Source of the DNA: Basidiobolus meristosporus CBS 931.73
Taxonomy: Eukaryota; Fungi; Basidiobolomycota
Direction: 5' to 3'
Assembly (NCBI GenBank): GCA_002104905.1
Contig: MCFE01000047.1
Location: 62,001-126,000 of the forward strand
Length of the DNA: 64,000 nt
The notes below the pieces were generated by a model, which ran no database searches, was not told where the DNA came from, and worked only from the letters and a program-made list of their open reading frames with translations. The position numbers were made by a program, and so were the translations under genes. Within the stretch, counting starts at the first letter, position 1. Every line of letters starts with the position of its first letter. Positions 25,211 through 38,000 of the stretch are shown here, one piece after another.

Positions 25211-28060
25211 ATAACTTCCATTTCCAAGCACTTTGGAAATGAGATAGAGGCCAGTCCATTTGTTGTCAAACTTCCAACTCCATTGTTTGTACAAGGTGGA
25301 ATCATAAAGTAATTCTGGGTCTCCTAGTGATTGTGGCTTTGGTCTTCTTGAGTGTGACTTGTCAAATGGCACTTTGCTCTTCTGCTGTGTATCATTAAGT
25401 TGTTCAGCAGCTCTGTTGATATTTAGGTCATGGTAATCAAGTTGCTGTATACAAGTGGCTAGGAGGTCTTCAGTCTGCATATTAGATTTCCAGTCCAAAG
25501 AGTTCCAAGTGACTGTGTCTAACTCAACAAGTAGTATGCAGTCATGTCCACAGAGTAGCGTAATGGCAATAATACACTTGTTCTCTTGGTAGTGATTCTA
25601 TTAGCCCAGAGTGCAAGATGTAATTGTATTATTCTCCCAGTTCTTGACAAGAGAGTTCACCAGTGGTCCAAGTCCTCTCTACCGTTCCATTGGCTTGAGG
25701 GTGGTAAGCTGTAGTAAAAGCAATGTGTATCTTGTACTCTGAGCACAACTCTGGAATCAATACAGATGTGATCTCTCCTCTGTCAGCAACAAACTGCTGG
25801 ATGCAGCCAAATCTGTATATAATGTCTTCAAGTATAAATCTCCATATGGTATGGCTCTTGTTGTTGGGCAAGGCTTGAGCTTCTGCCCATCCACTAGGGT
25901 CATCCCTATCAACAATCAGTTACTTCTTTGATCCAGCTGTTGGCATGTAGACAAGGTCAATACCAACCTTTTGCCATACACAGATTGTGTAAGTAGGATG
26001 CAGTGGTTCTTCATAATGCTTAGAGGATCTCTTCTGGAAGGCTCCACATGACTCAACAAAGTGTTGAATATCATAGTACATGTTTACCCAGTAGTACCTC
26101 TGAGCTGTGGAATTGTAGGTGGCTTCATGTCCTGTATGTCCTCCTGGTTCTTCTTGATAGATACTTATCATAATGTTCAGTTGCTCTTGTGGGACAGTGA
26201 CTGCGCTTCTTGGCATAAGTCCAGGCTTTACTTGTTTAAAGAGAAGATCATCTTTGAGATAGTAGTGGTGTGCCTTCTTTGTGTATTTACTAAACTACTG
26301 AATTTCCATCCAACTAGGTTTCTTGAGTGTCCTTAGATATTCCTTGATCAGGCTCCAGGTAGTTCTCTCTTGGTCTTTGATGGCAATCTGTCAGATCTCT
26401 GCATCAATCATATCATCAACGTGAGGGTCCAGGTCTTCAAAAAATTATGGTCCCCTCCTGGAGAGTGCATCAGCCACAACATTTGTCTTGCCAGGGATAT
26501 GTCTGACCTCAAACTCAAACATTTTCAGCCATGCCATCCATTGGTTTGTGGCATCATCAGGTAGGTCAGGCTTCTTGAACATTCCTATAAGTAGCTTGGC
26601 ATCTGTCTCCAGGATGAAATGTGTCATGTGGAGTTGTGACTTCAGCTTCCTCAGCATCTTCACAACTCCTACTAGCTCTCACTTAATCTGAGCATATCTT
26701 TGTTCTCCAGGAGAGAATAGGCAACTCTAATATCTTCAGGCATAGCGGTTGCCATCTTCTTCATCTTGGCCAATTAGTGCTCTAGCTCCTACAGGGCTTG
26801 CATCCACTGTCAAAATAGGTGGGTATTCAGTGTTCTGAAAGTCAAGAGGTCTTAGAACTGGTGGAGATATTAAGACCTCTTTTGGTATTGCATGGCTTCT
26901 TCATATTCTTCTCCCCAGATAAATGGGTATTCTTTTCTGTAGTAGGTAGATTGGTTCTGCTATCTCAGAAAATCATGGGATCCACATCCTGAAGAACCCA
27001 CAAGCTGCCACAAAGCCACAAGCTTGCGTAAGATTTGTGGGGGTAGGCCAGTTGCATATATTTTGTGTCTTGGAGTCTCCAGGTGAAAAACCAAAGGTGT
27101 TGCATTTTTGTTTAACAATGAATATCTATGATACACCAAAGCTGCTTTCCCCACCACTGATGGTGAGTCCAGCTTCTTCAATGGCTTATAATATGGCATC
27201 ATTATCTGAGATATGGTCACAGACAAACTTTCTTACGCCAGGCATAACTTCAGTGGTGTCCTGGGATTTTTGTCCCTTGATGCCTATGTTATCAACAAAG
27301 ACAGCAGGTTTCTCAGGTAAAAACTGGTACAGCACATTCACCATGCATCTGTGGAGCTGAGCCATGATGTTTGTAGCCCCTTGGCTGAGTCTTGTCATCC
27401 TTGACAGTCCAAATGGCATCTGGAGTGCAAACATATCTCTTAATGTCTCATCAAGGGAGGTCTGGTCATATTCTGAGTAGAGATCATATGTTGAGTAGAT
27501 GGAGTGGCCACTAAAGCTTTCTGCAAAGTCATCAACAGATGTAGGTATAGCAGCATCACTGATAGTGACAGCATTTGCAAGTTGCATGTCTTGAATGATT
27601 TGGAGCTTTCCATTCTTCTTTTTGGTCACAAACCATCAGTTAGCATAGGGTCCATGGCAAGGCTCTAGAATATCAGCTACTATTTTCTTCTTAAGTAGAC
27701 CATGCATATCAGCTTGAAGTCCTCTGGGCAGTGGGTAAGGCTTAAATGATCAGGGTGTGTGGGGCACTGTATAAATCTTGATTGGCAATTCAACTGATGT
27801 CTTTAAGAGCCCCATCTCCTTGTCATTATATGACAAAACCTTATCATGTCTTTTCAGGGTTTCTTCAAATAATAAGATCCCCTATGGTTTTGGTTTCCAT
27901 AACCAATGATAAGTTGCTAAAGTCTCTCAGGTGTAAATCATATATCTTCTGGTGTTTCTTCTGGTGTTTCTTCTGGTGGTCTGATGGAATCAGCAGATTG
28001 AGATCCATCAGTCAAAGGTGTAAGTGATGGTATAATCTTCTGTTCATCTGTCTTGTATTT
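25211..28060 (-). mobile_element. Ty3/gypsy pol fragment (RT-RNase H-integrase), decayed
   Basis: RT (AVFVDNIG, 27186-27629), RNase H (HIPGKTNVVADALSR), integrase zinc finger (GGHTG..C..FQ) and core (AYHPQANGTVER), in gypsy domain order. Confidence 0.88.
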
Positions 28061-28080
28061 TGTTCAAACTATAGCTGCTA

Positions 28081-28508
28081 TTACTTGTGAGGAATACTCA
28101 GAGTAGGTATCTTTTATTATACTTGATTCTTTCCCAAGTTTGTTCTTGTTCAGGCAAAGATACTTCTCTGTCTTTGTAACTATTGACCACAGCTGCATTC
28201 TTATCAAGTCCCTGCTGGTGGAGTTTACAGTTGTTTTGACTTTGGAGGCTTTAGTACACTGTCCTCTCAAGGGACACTGAACCCAGTGCATACTCTTGTT
28301 ATGATACCAACTAAGTTGGGGATTGTAGTTCAATAGTTTTTCCTTGACAAGCTTGTGGCTTTATTCCCCATTACATCAGATTAGAGACAGAACCCAAGTA
28401 TTCCTAGCAAGCTTTTGCTAGAGGTTATTGCACCCAGTGAACACCCTACACACAAAACACTTGAGAAGTGATGGACATATCTCTCCCTTGGACCTATACA
28501 CCACCACA
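28081..28508. mobile_element. Truncated family-G LTR (inverted copy of 21693-22120)
   Basis: The reverse complement matches 21693-22118 over about 430 bp. Confidence 0.85.
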
Positions 28509-28739
28509 GTAGCAAAACACAAATCTCAGAACCACTGTCAATATGGCAGTCAACAGGTCATCATATATATATTCTTTCACCACAGCAGTTGCAACTGAGT
28601 AAAAGGTCTTATATTCAGTAGTGCTGTCATCCCTTTAGTGTCTTCATAGTTTGTCTGAGTCATATGAATGTCCATTTGTTCTATGGCTTGCTGTCTTGCT
28701 CTAAGCTGCTTATCAAAGGTCTTCCTAACAGATGGGATA

Positions 28740-29100
28740 CACTCATGATTTCTCCAACCAACAAAGTGAGGTTCTGCTTCAGCAGCTTATCTACAAGCAG
28801 TTGAGGGCTTGAGTAGCTTGCTATCTTTGAGGTCATCTGAAAATGAGGCAATGGATCTTGGGTGGGCAGTATACCATGCCTCTTGTGGATGACAACCTCA
28901 GGCTCTTCAAATTGTAGTCCTCTAAGGATGGATTTGGCAGGTTCTTCAGGAAGGTTTCTTTGATAGCAATGGTATTAACTTTGTGTTGTCTGTTGTCAGG
29001 GCTGCTTGAATTCACTGTATGAGTCCCAATAGGGGCATTGATAGTGATCTTTCTGGTTGCTGAGTCTTCTCTTATGGTGTTACATCAAGTAGTCTTCTCC
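28740..29100 (-). pseudogene. Possible LINE-type AP-endonuclease relic
   Basis: VNTIAIKETFLK..PSLEDYN and LLVGE resemble EEP motifs (xIAxQET; LxGD); short and degenerate. Confidence 0.3.
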
Positions 29101-29449
29101 ATAGGACAAACAGCTTGATACCCAGCAATATTACACTATTTTGCCATTATTTTGTCAATACTCTTGTAAATTCAAGACAGTCTTGCAATTAAGATATTGC
29201 AACTACATGAATGTAGAATTAAGTGATAACCTGTCATAGTAAGCACTCTGAATACAGTAATGGCACCATATACACATGTATATGTAACACTATGTCCCAT
29301 TTGGCTTGACCCACTTTCACATACATGCTGCCAACAAATAAAGCAAAGTTGTCTGGTTCCCAACCAAACACCATTGCTAAAAGTAGCAGAAGAACAGTTA
29401 GACAACATCATGCTTTGGCATTTAGCTCAAAAAGCATAGCTACATCCAA

Positions 29450-32431
29450 AAACGGCAATGTTGAGAGTGTGCCCACACAATGTAATAATGCAGACTAATC
29501 AGGACCTCAGTCAAGTAGACAAATGGGAGTTTCTGTAGAGCTGCAAGGTGACCATAATGCTGAGGCAGATGAGAATGTAGCAAGCTCAGCACCTTTGGTT
29601 GAAGACCAGCAAGTGGTCATCATGAAATCACCACTACCTGTATTAGCAGATATGTTGTCAGCTCATACCAGAGTACTAATAGGGTAATTAGGTGCAGTGG
29701 CTAATAGGATAGAGGTAATGGGCCAGAAAAATCAGCAAATAGTCCAGAAACCAGAGGTGCAGATAATATGTGTAGAGCAATGATTATTCCAGGTAGAGAA
29801 CACAAAATATTTGTTGCAGAGAAATTACTCAAGTAGCTCAATGACACAACCAAGAATTCCGCTATTTCACAAAGTGACAGTTGAGGAACACTGTAGAGTC
29901 TTTGAAGAACAACAACAGTGCCAAAAGCTTAAGCATGCAGAAAAACCTGTTACAGCATGGGAGGGAGACAATGTGATGTTTATACCAGCGCCTAAAAATC
30001 AAAAGGCATTGAAGATCTGTGAAGCTATTGAGTGCAATAAAGAATAGTGGGCAAATATTTAAGAGGCTGTCAGAAGTCTAGCATGCTATCACCTTAAAAC
30101 TAGCATTCCATGGGACCATTAGTAGCTCAAGGCCAAGCAAATTGCACTGACCTGCATCAAGAGCATTATCCTGAATATAAGCAAGCAAACAGATTTTGGG
30201 CCAGCATTGGAATGCAAAAAAAAAACTCAAGAGTAGCAGAAGCCATCAAAGGCAGAGAAAATCTGTGTCTGCTGAAGTATCAGAGAGATTTATTGGAAGT
30301 GAAATGGAGAATTGGAAGAAATACATGATATTCACTTGGCAATTTATTGAGTTGCAACATAGCACTTATACTTACCACAAAACAAAGTACATGTAACTGT
30401 TTGCTCATTACTAGGGGAGTCTCTGTAGTATGTGTGTCAAGTTTCAGCTCATCTGGACAAGTTTCATATTTTCCTAAAATTTAGTACTTCACTTACTTCT
30501 AGTAATTAACAATATCCTACAAACAAGTTTTTAAGCAAATAATATGAAATATATCTTTTCACTAGGTGCTAACTCATAATTAACTAATAATTAGGTGGAC
30601 TTCTAATTATTTCAACAGTGCCATGGCTCAAAACCAGCAGCTTCCTCAAGAGCTTGTCATGGGCAGGGCTGAAAGCTCCAAACAAGCAGAAAAGAGATGT
30701 CAGGTAGTCAGAAGAGTGCTAGTAAGTGGCAGGCAGGCAGAAATCAATGCATTAGTGCAGCATTTAACAAGGAGAAAGCATACTTTAATACAAGGAGCCC
30801 TCAGTCACATTAGCAGTGAGGGACTTAAGAGTGATAAAGACCTACAGCCTTTTCAGGGGCATGGTATAAGCAGGGGTGGAAGTTCTAAACATTTTGATGA
30901 GTGCTAGCAAGGGACAAGCTGGCAAAAACAGATGTGCTAGTGCAGCATTCATCAAGGAAAAAACAGAGTATACTAAAGTAGCACTCAATCTAAGTGGCAG
31001 TGCAAGACTAAGCAGCACTGAAGGTGAAGGTAAAGAGTAAAGGTCCATCTTAAGGTTGCAGCTCTTACCAATTAATATCATTAGCCTAGAACAGGATGAA
31101 TCCCATAATAGCCAAGTAGAGTTACCAATGAGACAGACAATGTCTCCCCAAGAGCTGAAAGTGCAGCCAGCTCAGCTACACTCCAGTGAGGTAAATGAGT
31201 GTGCACAGAAAAGCAATTTGCCTACCACTGCCTCCATGTCCTCCATTTTAAGCAGAGTGGAGATCCCACTGACAGATATAGCAACAAGGTCAAGTGCCCA
31301 AAATACTATCAAAATGACTACAGTGGAATTTTGGAACATCAATAGGCAAACCAGGAGGTTGCTGCACTGCTCTTGGAGCAGTGCGCAAGAAAATGCTCCT
31401 GAATATTGCAAGGATGTATTTCAAGAACTGACAGACAAGATTGTTGACCCTTCAGTGCCAGCTGAGCATCAGGACAAATGGGAGCCAGTGAATGAATAGT
31501 AGCATAAAGACACAAGGTTACTGCTAAAGTTTGCAAAGAAAGGCAATTTGTCTACCACAGCCTCCTCAACCTCCATTGTTGATGGAGTGGAGAGCCCACT
31601 GACAGACAAAGTAATAGTGTCAAAAACCCAAATGGCTTTCATAATGCCTTCAGTACAGTTATGTAACATTGATTGAAGCACCAAGAGGATGAAGCACTTC
31701 TTGCAGTGCAGTTCTAAAGACAATGCACTTGAATATTTCAAGGATTTATTGCAAAGACTGGCAGATGAAGTGCTAGTCCTTGCAGTACCAGCTGAAGACT
31801 AGGATGTGTGGGAACTAGTGAATGAACAGTGGCATAAAGCTGTTGGGTTCCCCCCCTAAAGTTGTGGAACCAGTGCATTACAGCAGAAATATGTATTGAG
31901 TGGTGGATTTTGCAAGGACTTATTGCAAAGACTGACATATGTGGTGCTAGACCTTGCAGTGCTTGCTGAAGATCAGGACATATGGGAACCTATAAATGCA
32001 CAGTGACACAGAGCCACATAGTTCCTGCTGAAGTCATGGAAGCAGATTGTGATAGCAGAAATACATATTGAGTGGTGGATATTAATGTAGTTACTTGTTG
32101 AGTGTGGGGTTGGGTTTAATGTTGGTGCTGGGCATAAGTACTATTGTTGGTCAGTATAGTTGCCAATTAGGGTACAGCTGAAGTGTGAATGAAAACAAAT
32201 CAATCTGTCAGCATAAAATGTAAGAGAATTGGTTAAGTGAGGAAGTAAGGAGTGTGAAAAAGAGGAATTAGCCAATCAATGTACACAAATGTTGGAGGTG
32301 ATTGAGTGTTTGGTATCCAAAAGTCATAGAGCTGGCAGAGAAACAATCACAAGCTATTTATGTATTTTTTTAACAAAATATTTTGACTAATTTTTTTGTG
32401 AAATCTGGGGTTCCATTATTTTACAACAGTG
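29450..32431 (+). mobile_element. Decayed coding repeat 'Z-Y', possible CACTA/CMC element body ending in CAGTG
   Basis: Homologous to 11870-12850 (-) and 44620-45380 (-); three internal peptide repeats at 31400-32040; homology to the 44.6-kb copy stops near caacagtg at 32431. Confidence 0.5.
30270..30617 (-). mobile_element. Solo LTR, family B
   Basis: TGCTG...CAACA, TSD GTGTC/GTGCC; homologous to 41843-42191; the host Z sequence rejoins across it. Confidence 0.85.
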
Positions 32432-32511
32432 TTTGAAGAGTGTCCTGATTGGATCAATACCTCACAAACTGGCCATGCCTCCCTGAAGTATATATTTACT
32501 CAGAAGGTACC

Positions 32512-32878
32512 TGTTGCAATTTAAGAAGTGATATGGATATAAGGAACTTATCAAGAAATAGTGATAATAGTTGAACTGTTGTTTATTCATAAAGAAGCTC
32601 AGTATTTATACCTTTGTAGAAGTAATACAGCTGTAACAATATGTAGGGAGGGTTTCTCAATATTCAGGAGCATTCTGCAACAGTTTCAGGGTTAGCACAT
32701 AATGTTTGGTAATAGTGCTAATTTGATCCTGACTATAAGGGAATACTCATAAGATGATATATCTGGAGAGTGGAGAAGTTAAGGCCGTAAATGAGTCCTA
32801 CAGTGACTAAGACTAGTCTAGAATTGTTAAGTAGATTTTTAGCTGCTGAATGATACCAAATAGTCCAATATTTCAACA
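32512..32878. mobile_element. Solo LTR, family C
   Basis: TGTTG...CAACA, TSD GTACC/GTACA; homologous to 33978-34346 (inverted) and 40076-40445. Confidence 0.85.
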
Positions 32879-32979
32879 GTACAATCCATAATAATGGCAA
32901 GATGGAGTGAATTTATATAGCAATTTGACATGGAGATTAACTTCTACCTTAGGATGAACATAAAATTGCTAATGCCTCA

Positions 32980-33850
32980 TTAAAACTAGAGCAAGTTGCC
33001 CAACCCAACTTGGTGCACATATTATATTGGCCTAAGTTGTTAACAGAGTACTTTTAGACAAAGATATCAAGAAGATAATCAAGGCTGAAACTAGCAAATT
33101 TGTGGTAAAGGATGAGACACACTGCTGGATTTTTGATAAAGGCTATATTGCCAGTTGCCCCCATCTTGCTTGTCTGGACTTAATACATAAGCTACATAGT
33201 GAATATGGAAATCATAGAATTGAAGGAATCTATAGCCCTGTGAGAGCCAGATCATGTTGGCCCTGATTAATACAAGATATTGAGAAGCTATCAAAAACAT
33301 GCCCTGGATGCCAAATCTACCAAGATCAACCACAGATAATTGCTGGACTCCTTCCCTTAGAGCCTGTAAGGCCATTTGGGAGACAAGTTACTATATAGGA
33401 AGACTTCCTGCTACCAGAAAACTCAATTGATGGACTGAAGATGCCATCAAATGGTCAGTGGCAAAAGCTGTACCAGTAGCCACTGAGTAAGTAGTTACAA
33501 GCTTCATCTACCATGAGATCCTTGTAAAGTTCAGATGTCTGGTAAGGATTGTATCTGGTAGATGAGCAACCCTTGTTGAAAAAATGTGGGAAGTTTACTT
33601 AAAAACACAGCAGATGAAATACATGAAAACTCTGACATATCACCCCAGAACTGATGGAATTACTGAGCCGTTCAGCGGATCATTTGGAAAAAGGCTGCCC
33701 AAGAGTTCCATTGAAGCTGATGATAGATGCAATGAGTATACAAGCCAAGCACTATTTGCCTACAGACTTAGCTTGTTCAATAATAACCAAAAGTTGCCAT
33801 TTTTTTAGCATATGCATATGAACCAAAGATTTTGTTGAAATTTTGAGTTA
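32980..33850 (+). pseudogene. Degenerate gypsy RNase H/integrase fragment related to the 35.1-39.8 kb element
   Basis: Relic peptides (EQVAQPNLVH..WP, KWSVAKAVPVA, LTYHPRTDG) match 35800-36780 in reverse orientation. Confidence 0.75.
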
Positions 33851-33977
33851 TTTGGTATCATTCAACAGCTTAGAACTTACTAAGCAATTCTGGACTAGTC
33901 TTGATCACTGTAGGACCAGCTCATGGCTCCAAATTTGCCACTTTCTTCAGATTTATGCTACTATAAACCAGGTAAGA

Positions 33978-34346
33978 TGTCAAAATATTGGACTATTTGG
34001 TGTTATTCTGCAGCTAAAAATTTACTTAGCAATTCTAGACTAATCTTGGTCACTGTAGGACTAATTTGCAGCCCCAACTCTGCCAGTCTCTTCAGATCTA
34101 TGATCCAATGATTATTCCCCTAAGGTTAAGATCAAATTCACACATTTTTCTAAACATTACATACTAACCCTGAAACAGTTGCAGAATGCTACTGAATGTT
34201 AAAAACCCTACTTACTTAGTGTTACAGCTGTATTGCTTCTACAAAGGTATAAATACTGATCCTCTTTATGAATTAGCAACAGCTCAGCTAATATAACTTT
34301 ATCTTGATAAGTTCTGTATATCCATATCACTTCTTAAGTTGCAACA
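33978..34346. mobile_element. LTR, family C (inverted orientation, no clear TSD)
   Basis: Reverse-complement homolog of 32512-32878 with TG...CA ends. Confidence 0.8.
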
Positions 34347-34479
34347 TTGATAAGCTTATATCACCAGAAGCTTTGACAGTTCAGAAGTCTGTGCTGCTGA
34401 GTAATAACCCTTAAAAGAAGTTTACGCCACAATGGACAAAATATATAAGACCATTAGAGAATGTCTAAGCTATTTCTCT

Positions 34480-34910
34480 ACAGCTCTTATGCTAAGACTT
34501 AAAACAAATATGTGCTTGATATAAGAGGACAACAGTCATGCTATTGATGAAGTACTGCACCCAATAACAACCAAGCTTAAACATTATTGAAATATTAGAT
34601 GGTAGACATTAAAAGCAACTTAGAAGCAAGGGATACTATGCTTGTATGCATGACCACACCTTTGCCTTGGCACTTGATGGATTCTCATTAAATAAGTGCT
34701 CCATCATCCAGTTATACTTGTCACTGATTCTTATCTATCTGAGCTACTGCCAATCCTACAGTATTGGAGCAGAAATTTGGAGGTGGTCTCACTGATATAT
34801 TTGCTTAAATCTCTATCCACCCTGGATAGCTCCCTGTAATCATTGCTGGATGAGTTTAGTGTGTATCCATTGCAAACTGAATTTTGCACATTATCAAGCA
34901 AAATACTGGT
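34480..34910 (+). pseudogene. CACTA/EnSpm (Tnp2-family) transposase relic
   Basis: Homologous to 53450-53760 (DGRH..LRSKGY...ALALDGFSL...SLLDE). Confidence 0.6.
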
Positions 34911-35092
34911 ATATGACTCTCATGTCAAGGTGTATATTAATTGCTGTATTGGAGATACCCAAGCCAATAGAAAAATAGCCAGCTTTTTGATACACAATGG
35001 ACATTATTACAGTCAAACATGCAAGATCCCAGGGAATTGCTCCAGAATTTGAACTATTAATAGAAGCCAGCATCAGCACTAAATGCATCATC

Positions 35093-38000
35093 TGTTACAA
35101 GTCTTGGTATAAGAGTTGTAGAGAAATAGGGAGTTTAGCTAGTATTGTGTTCACTAAACTTGAACTGATTTTTATTGAGGTTCCAGCAGCTCCTTATATA
35201 CATTTTGCCAGACCATTTGCTGACTAATTGTATTTCCTAATATAGGCTGTAGCTGACGGCACATTTGATTGCATCATCATCACCCAATTAAATCCTACTT
35301 AATATAACTATTTCTGTCTGATAAGGATCTGCTAATTCATCTGCTGACTAATACTACTGATTTGAAAGATAATACTGATGTATTGATAGGCTAAAGATAA
35401 AACTAATTGATTCAACTAAAAACTGATCTAACTTAAACATTCAAGCAGTAGATCATAACATTCTCCCCCAGTAAAGTTGAGAGAGTTCTCCTAAATCTCT
35501 TTCCTTGTGATACCAATATCTTGATGGTTCAGTATTGTCAGCAAGTCTTGCAAGCTGAGTCTGTCTCTATGAACTAAATCTTCCTGGATATTCCCTTGTT
35601 TATCTACTAGTTGGTAAGTTGCAAATGGACATTCTCTGATGATCTTGAATGGTCCTGTCCATTGTGGCTGAAACTTCTTCCAAGTGTTGTTTCTTAGCAA
35701 TACAAAGTTCCCAACTGTCAATGCTTCTTGTGCTATAGTCTTATCAGATCTCTACTTCATCTTTTCTGCACTTTGAGATACTTTGGCCTGTGCATCTTAT
35801 TGTTTTTGTTCCAATTGCTGGTGTCTACTGGGCTGTCTAAGTTCATCTTCTAAGGCATCTGTAAGCTTGGGTTGTGTGAGATCTCCTGGAATCCTTGGTT
35901 CACATCCACACACTAAGTAAAATGGTAATTGTTGGGTAGTGTTGTGCACTCTGACTCTGCAGGCAAAATGTGCTTGATCTATATACTCATCCCATCTACT
36001 GACAGCTCCATTTGCATACTTGGTCAGCATTTTTCCAAATAATCCATTAAAGCGTTCAGTGACTCCATTAGTTTTGGGGTGATATGCCAAGGTTTTCAAG
36101 TTTTTGATCTGCTGTATTTCCAGGTAGGCCTCTAATGTCTTTGCCGTTAAGTTTGCTCCTCAATCAGATATGATCTCCACAGGGCATCCAAACTTCATCA
36201 GGATCTCATGGTAAATGAAACTTGCAACTTCTTGTTCACTGGCTACTGGTACAGCTTTAGCAACTGGCCATTTAGTGGCATGGTCAATTGCTACCAGGAT
36301 CCAATGGTTGCATTTCCTGGTGGTTGGCAGTCTTCCAATAAAGTCAATCCCCCATCTCTCAAATGGTATTACAGGCTCCAAAGGGAAGAGTTTGGCAATT
36401 CTTTATGGCAGGCCATGATTGATTTGGCAGTTTGGACATGTTTTCACTAGCTTCTCAATATCTTGTTTCATTCCGGGCCACCATGCTCTGGCTTTCACAA
36501 GGCTATAGGTTCCTTCAATCCCAGGATGTCCATATCCACTGTGTAGCTTATATATTAAATCCAGGCAAGCAACATAAGGACAATAGGCAATAGGGATTCC
36601 ATCAACAATTTGCTAGAGTGTTTCATCCTGTACAACAAATTTGCTGGCTTCATCACAGATTATCTTCTTTATCTCTTCATCCACCTTATTAGGAATGGCT
36701 TGGTCCTCCAAGTATTCTGGTAATAAGCTAGGCCAATCTGATTCATGCACCAAGTTGAGTTGTGCCACTTGTTCTAGTCTTGATAAGGCATCAGCTACCA
36801 TGTTGCTTTTCCCAGGGCAATATACAATCTCCAAGCCAAATTGCTGAATGTATTCACTGCATCTTGTCATTCTTCTTGATAGAACCATCTGAGTAAATAT
36901 ATACGTCAGTAAGGCTTGATCAGTCTTTACAGTGCATTTGACTCCTTCAATATAGCATCTCCATATCTTCAGGCAGTGTATTATAGCAAGCAACTCCTTC
37001 TCATGCACAGGATAGTTGTGTTCTGCTGAGTTCAGTTTCTTGGACTCAAAGGCAACTGGGTAATCCTTTCCCTTGTGTTCTTGGCTTAGTATTCTACCAA
37101 TTGCATAATCTGAAGCATCTGTGCACAGGGTAAACTCTTTTCTGAAGTCAGGTATTCTTAAGCTTGGCAGCTTAGCAAGTTCATTCTTCAGCATCTGAAA
37201 TGCATTCTCACTAATTATGTCCCACTGGTAGGTGTTGTCTTTCTTGAGGATATCAGTTAAAGGGGCTGCAATGCTTGCAAAGGACGTGACAAATCTTCAA
37301 TAATAGGATGCCATTCCAAGGAATGATCTGAATTCTGATATGCTATGGGGCTGCTTCAAATTCTTGATAACTTCAACCATCTTAGGGTCTACAGTCACTC
37401 CTGTGCTAGTCACTATGTGTCCCAGATATTCAATGTGTTCCTTGAAGAATCCACATTTGGCTAGCTTTCCATATAGCTTGTTCTCTCTTAGCTTCTTCAA
37501 GACCTTTTCAATGTGTATCAAATGATCCTCTTCTGCCTTGTTGTATATCAATGTGTTATCTAGGTAGATTATCACAAACTTGTCTAAGTACTCCTGGAAG
37601 ACAGTCTGCATCAGGGTCATGAGTGTTGCATGGGCAATGGTAAGGCCAAAGCTCATGACTAAGTACTTGCAATGTCCATATCTGGTCCTGAATGCTGTCT
37701 CAGAAATATCTTCTGGTTTCACCCTAATCTGGTTGTATCCTGACATAAGGTCAATCTTGCTGAATATGGTGGCTCCATTAAGTTGGTCCAAAAGCCCATC
37801 AATCCAAGGTATGGGGTACTTATTCTTGACGGTAACTGAGCTCAGGGCTCTGTAGTCAATGCACATCCTAAGTTTTCCATCCTTCTTTTTCACAAAAAGC
37901 ACTGGTGCTCCCAAAGGTGACTTGCTGGGTCTGATGTATCCTTGCTCCAATAGCTGATCAATTTGTCTCTTCATATCCTCCAATTCCAATGGACTCATTC

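Noticed and set aside
25211-28508. LTR fragment 28081-28508 as the 5' LTR of the adjacent gypsy pol
   Set aside because: The TATA orientation in family G suggests the opposite polarity, and no PBS or gag lies between them; treated as juxtaposed fragments.
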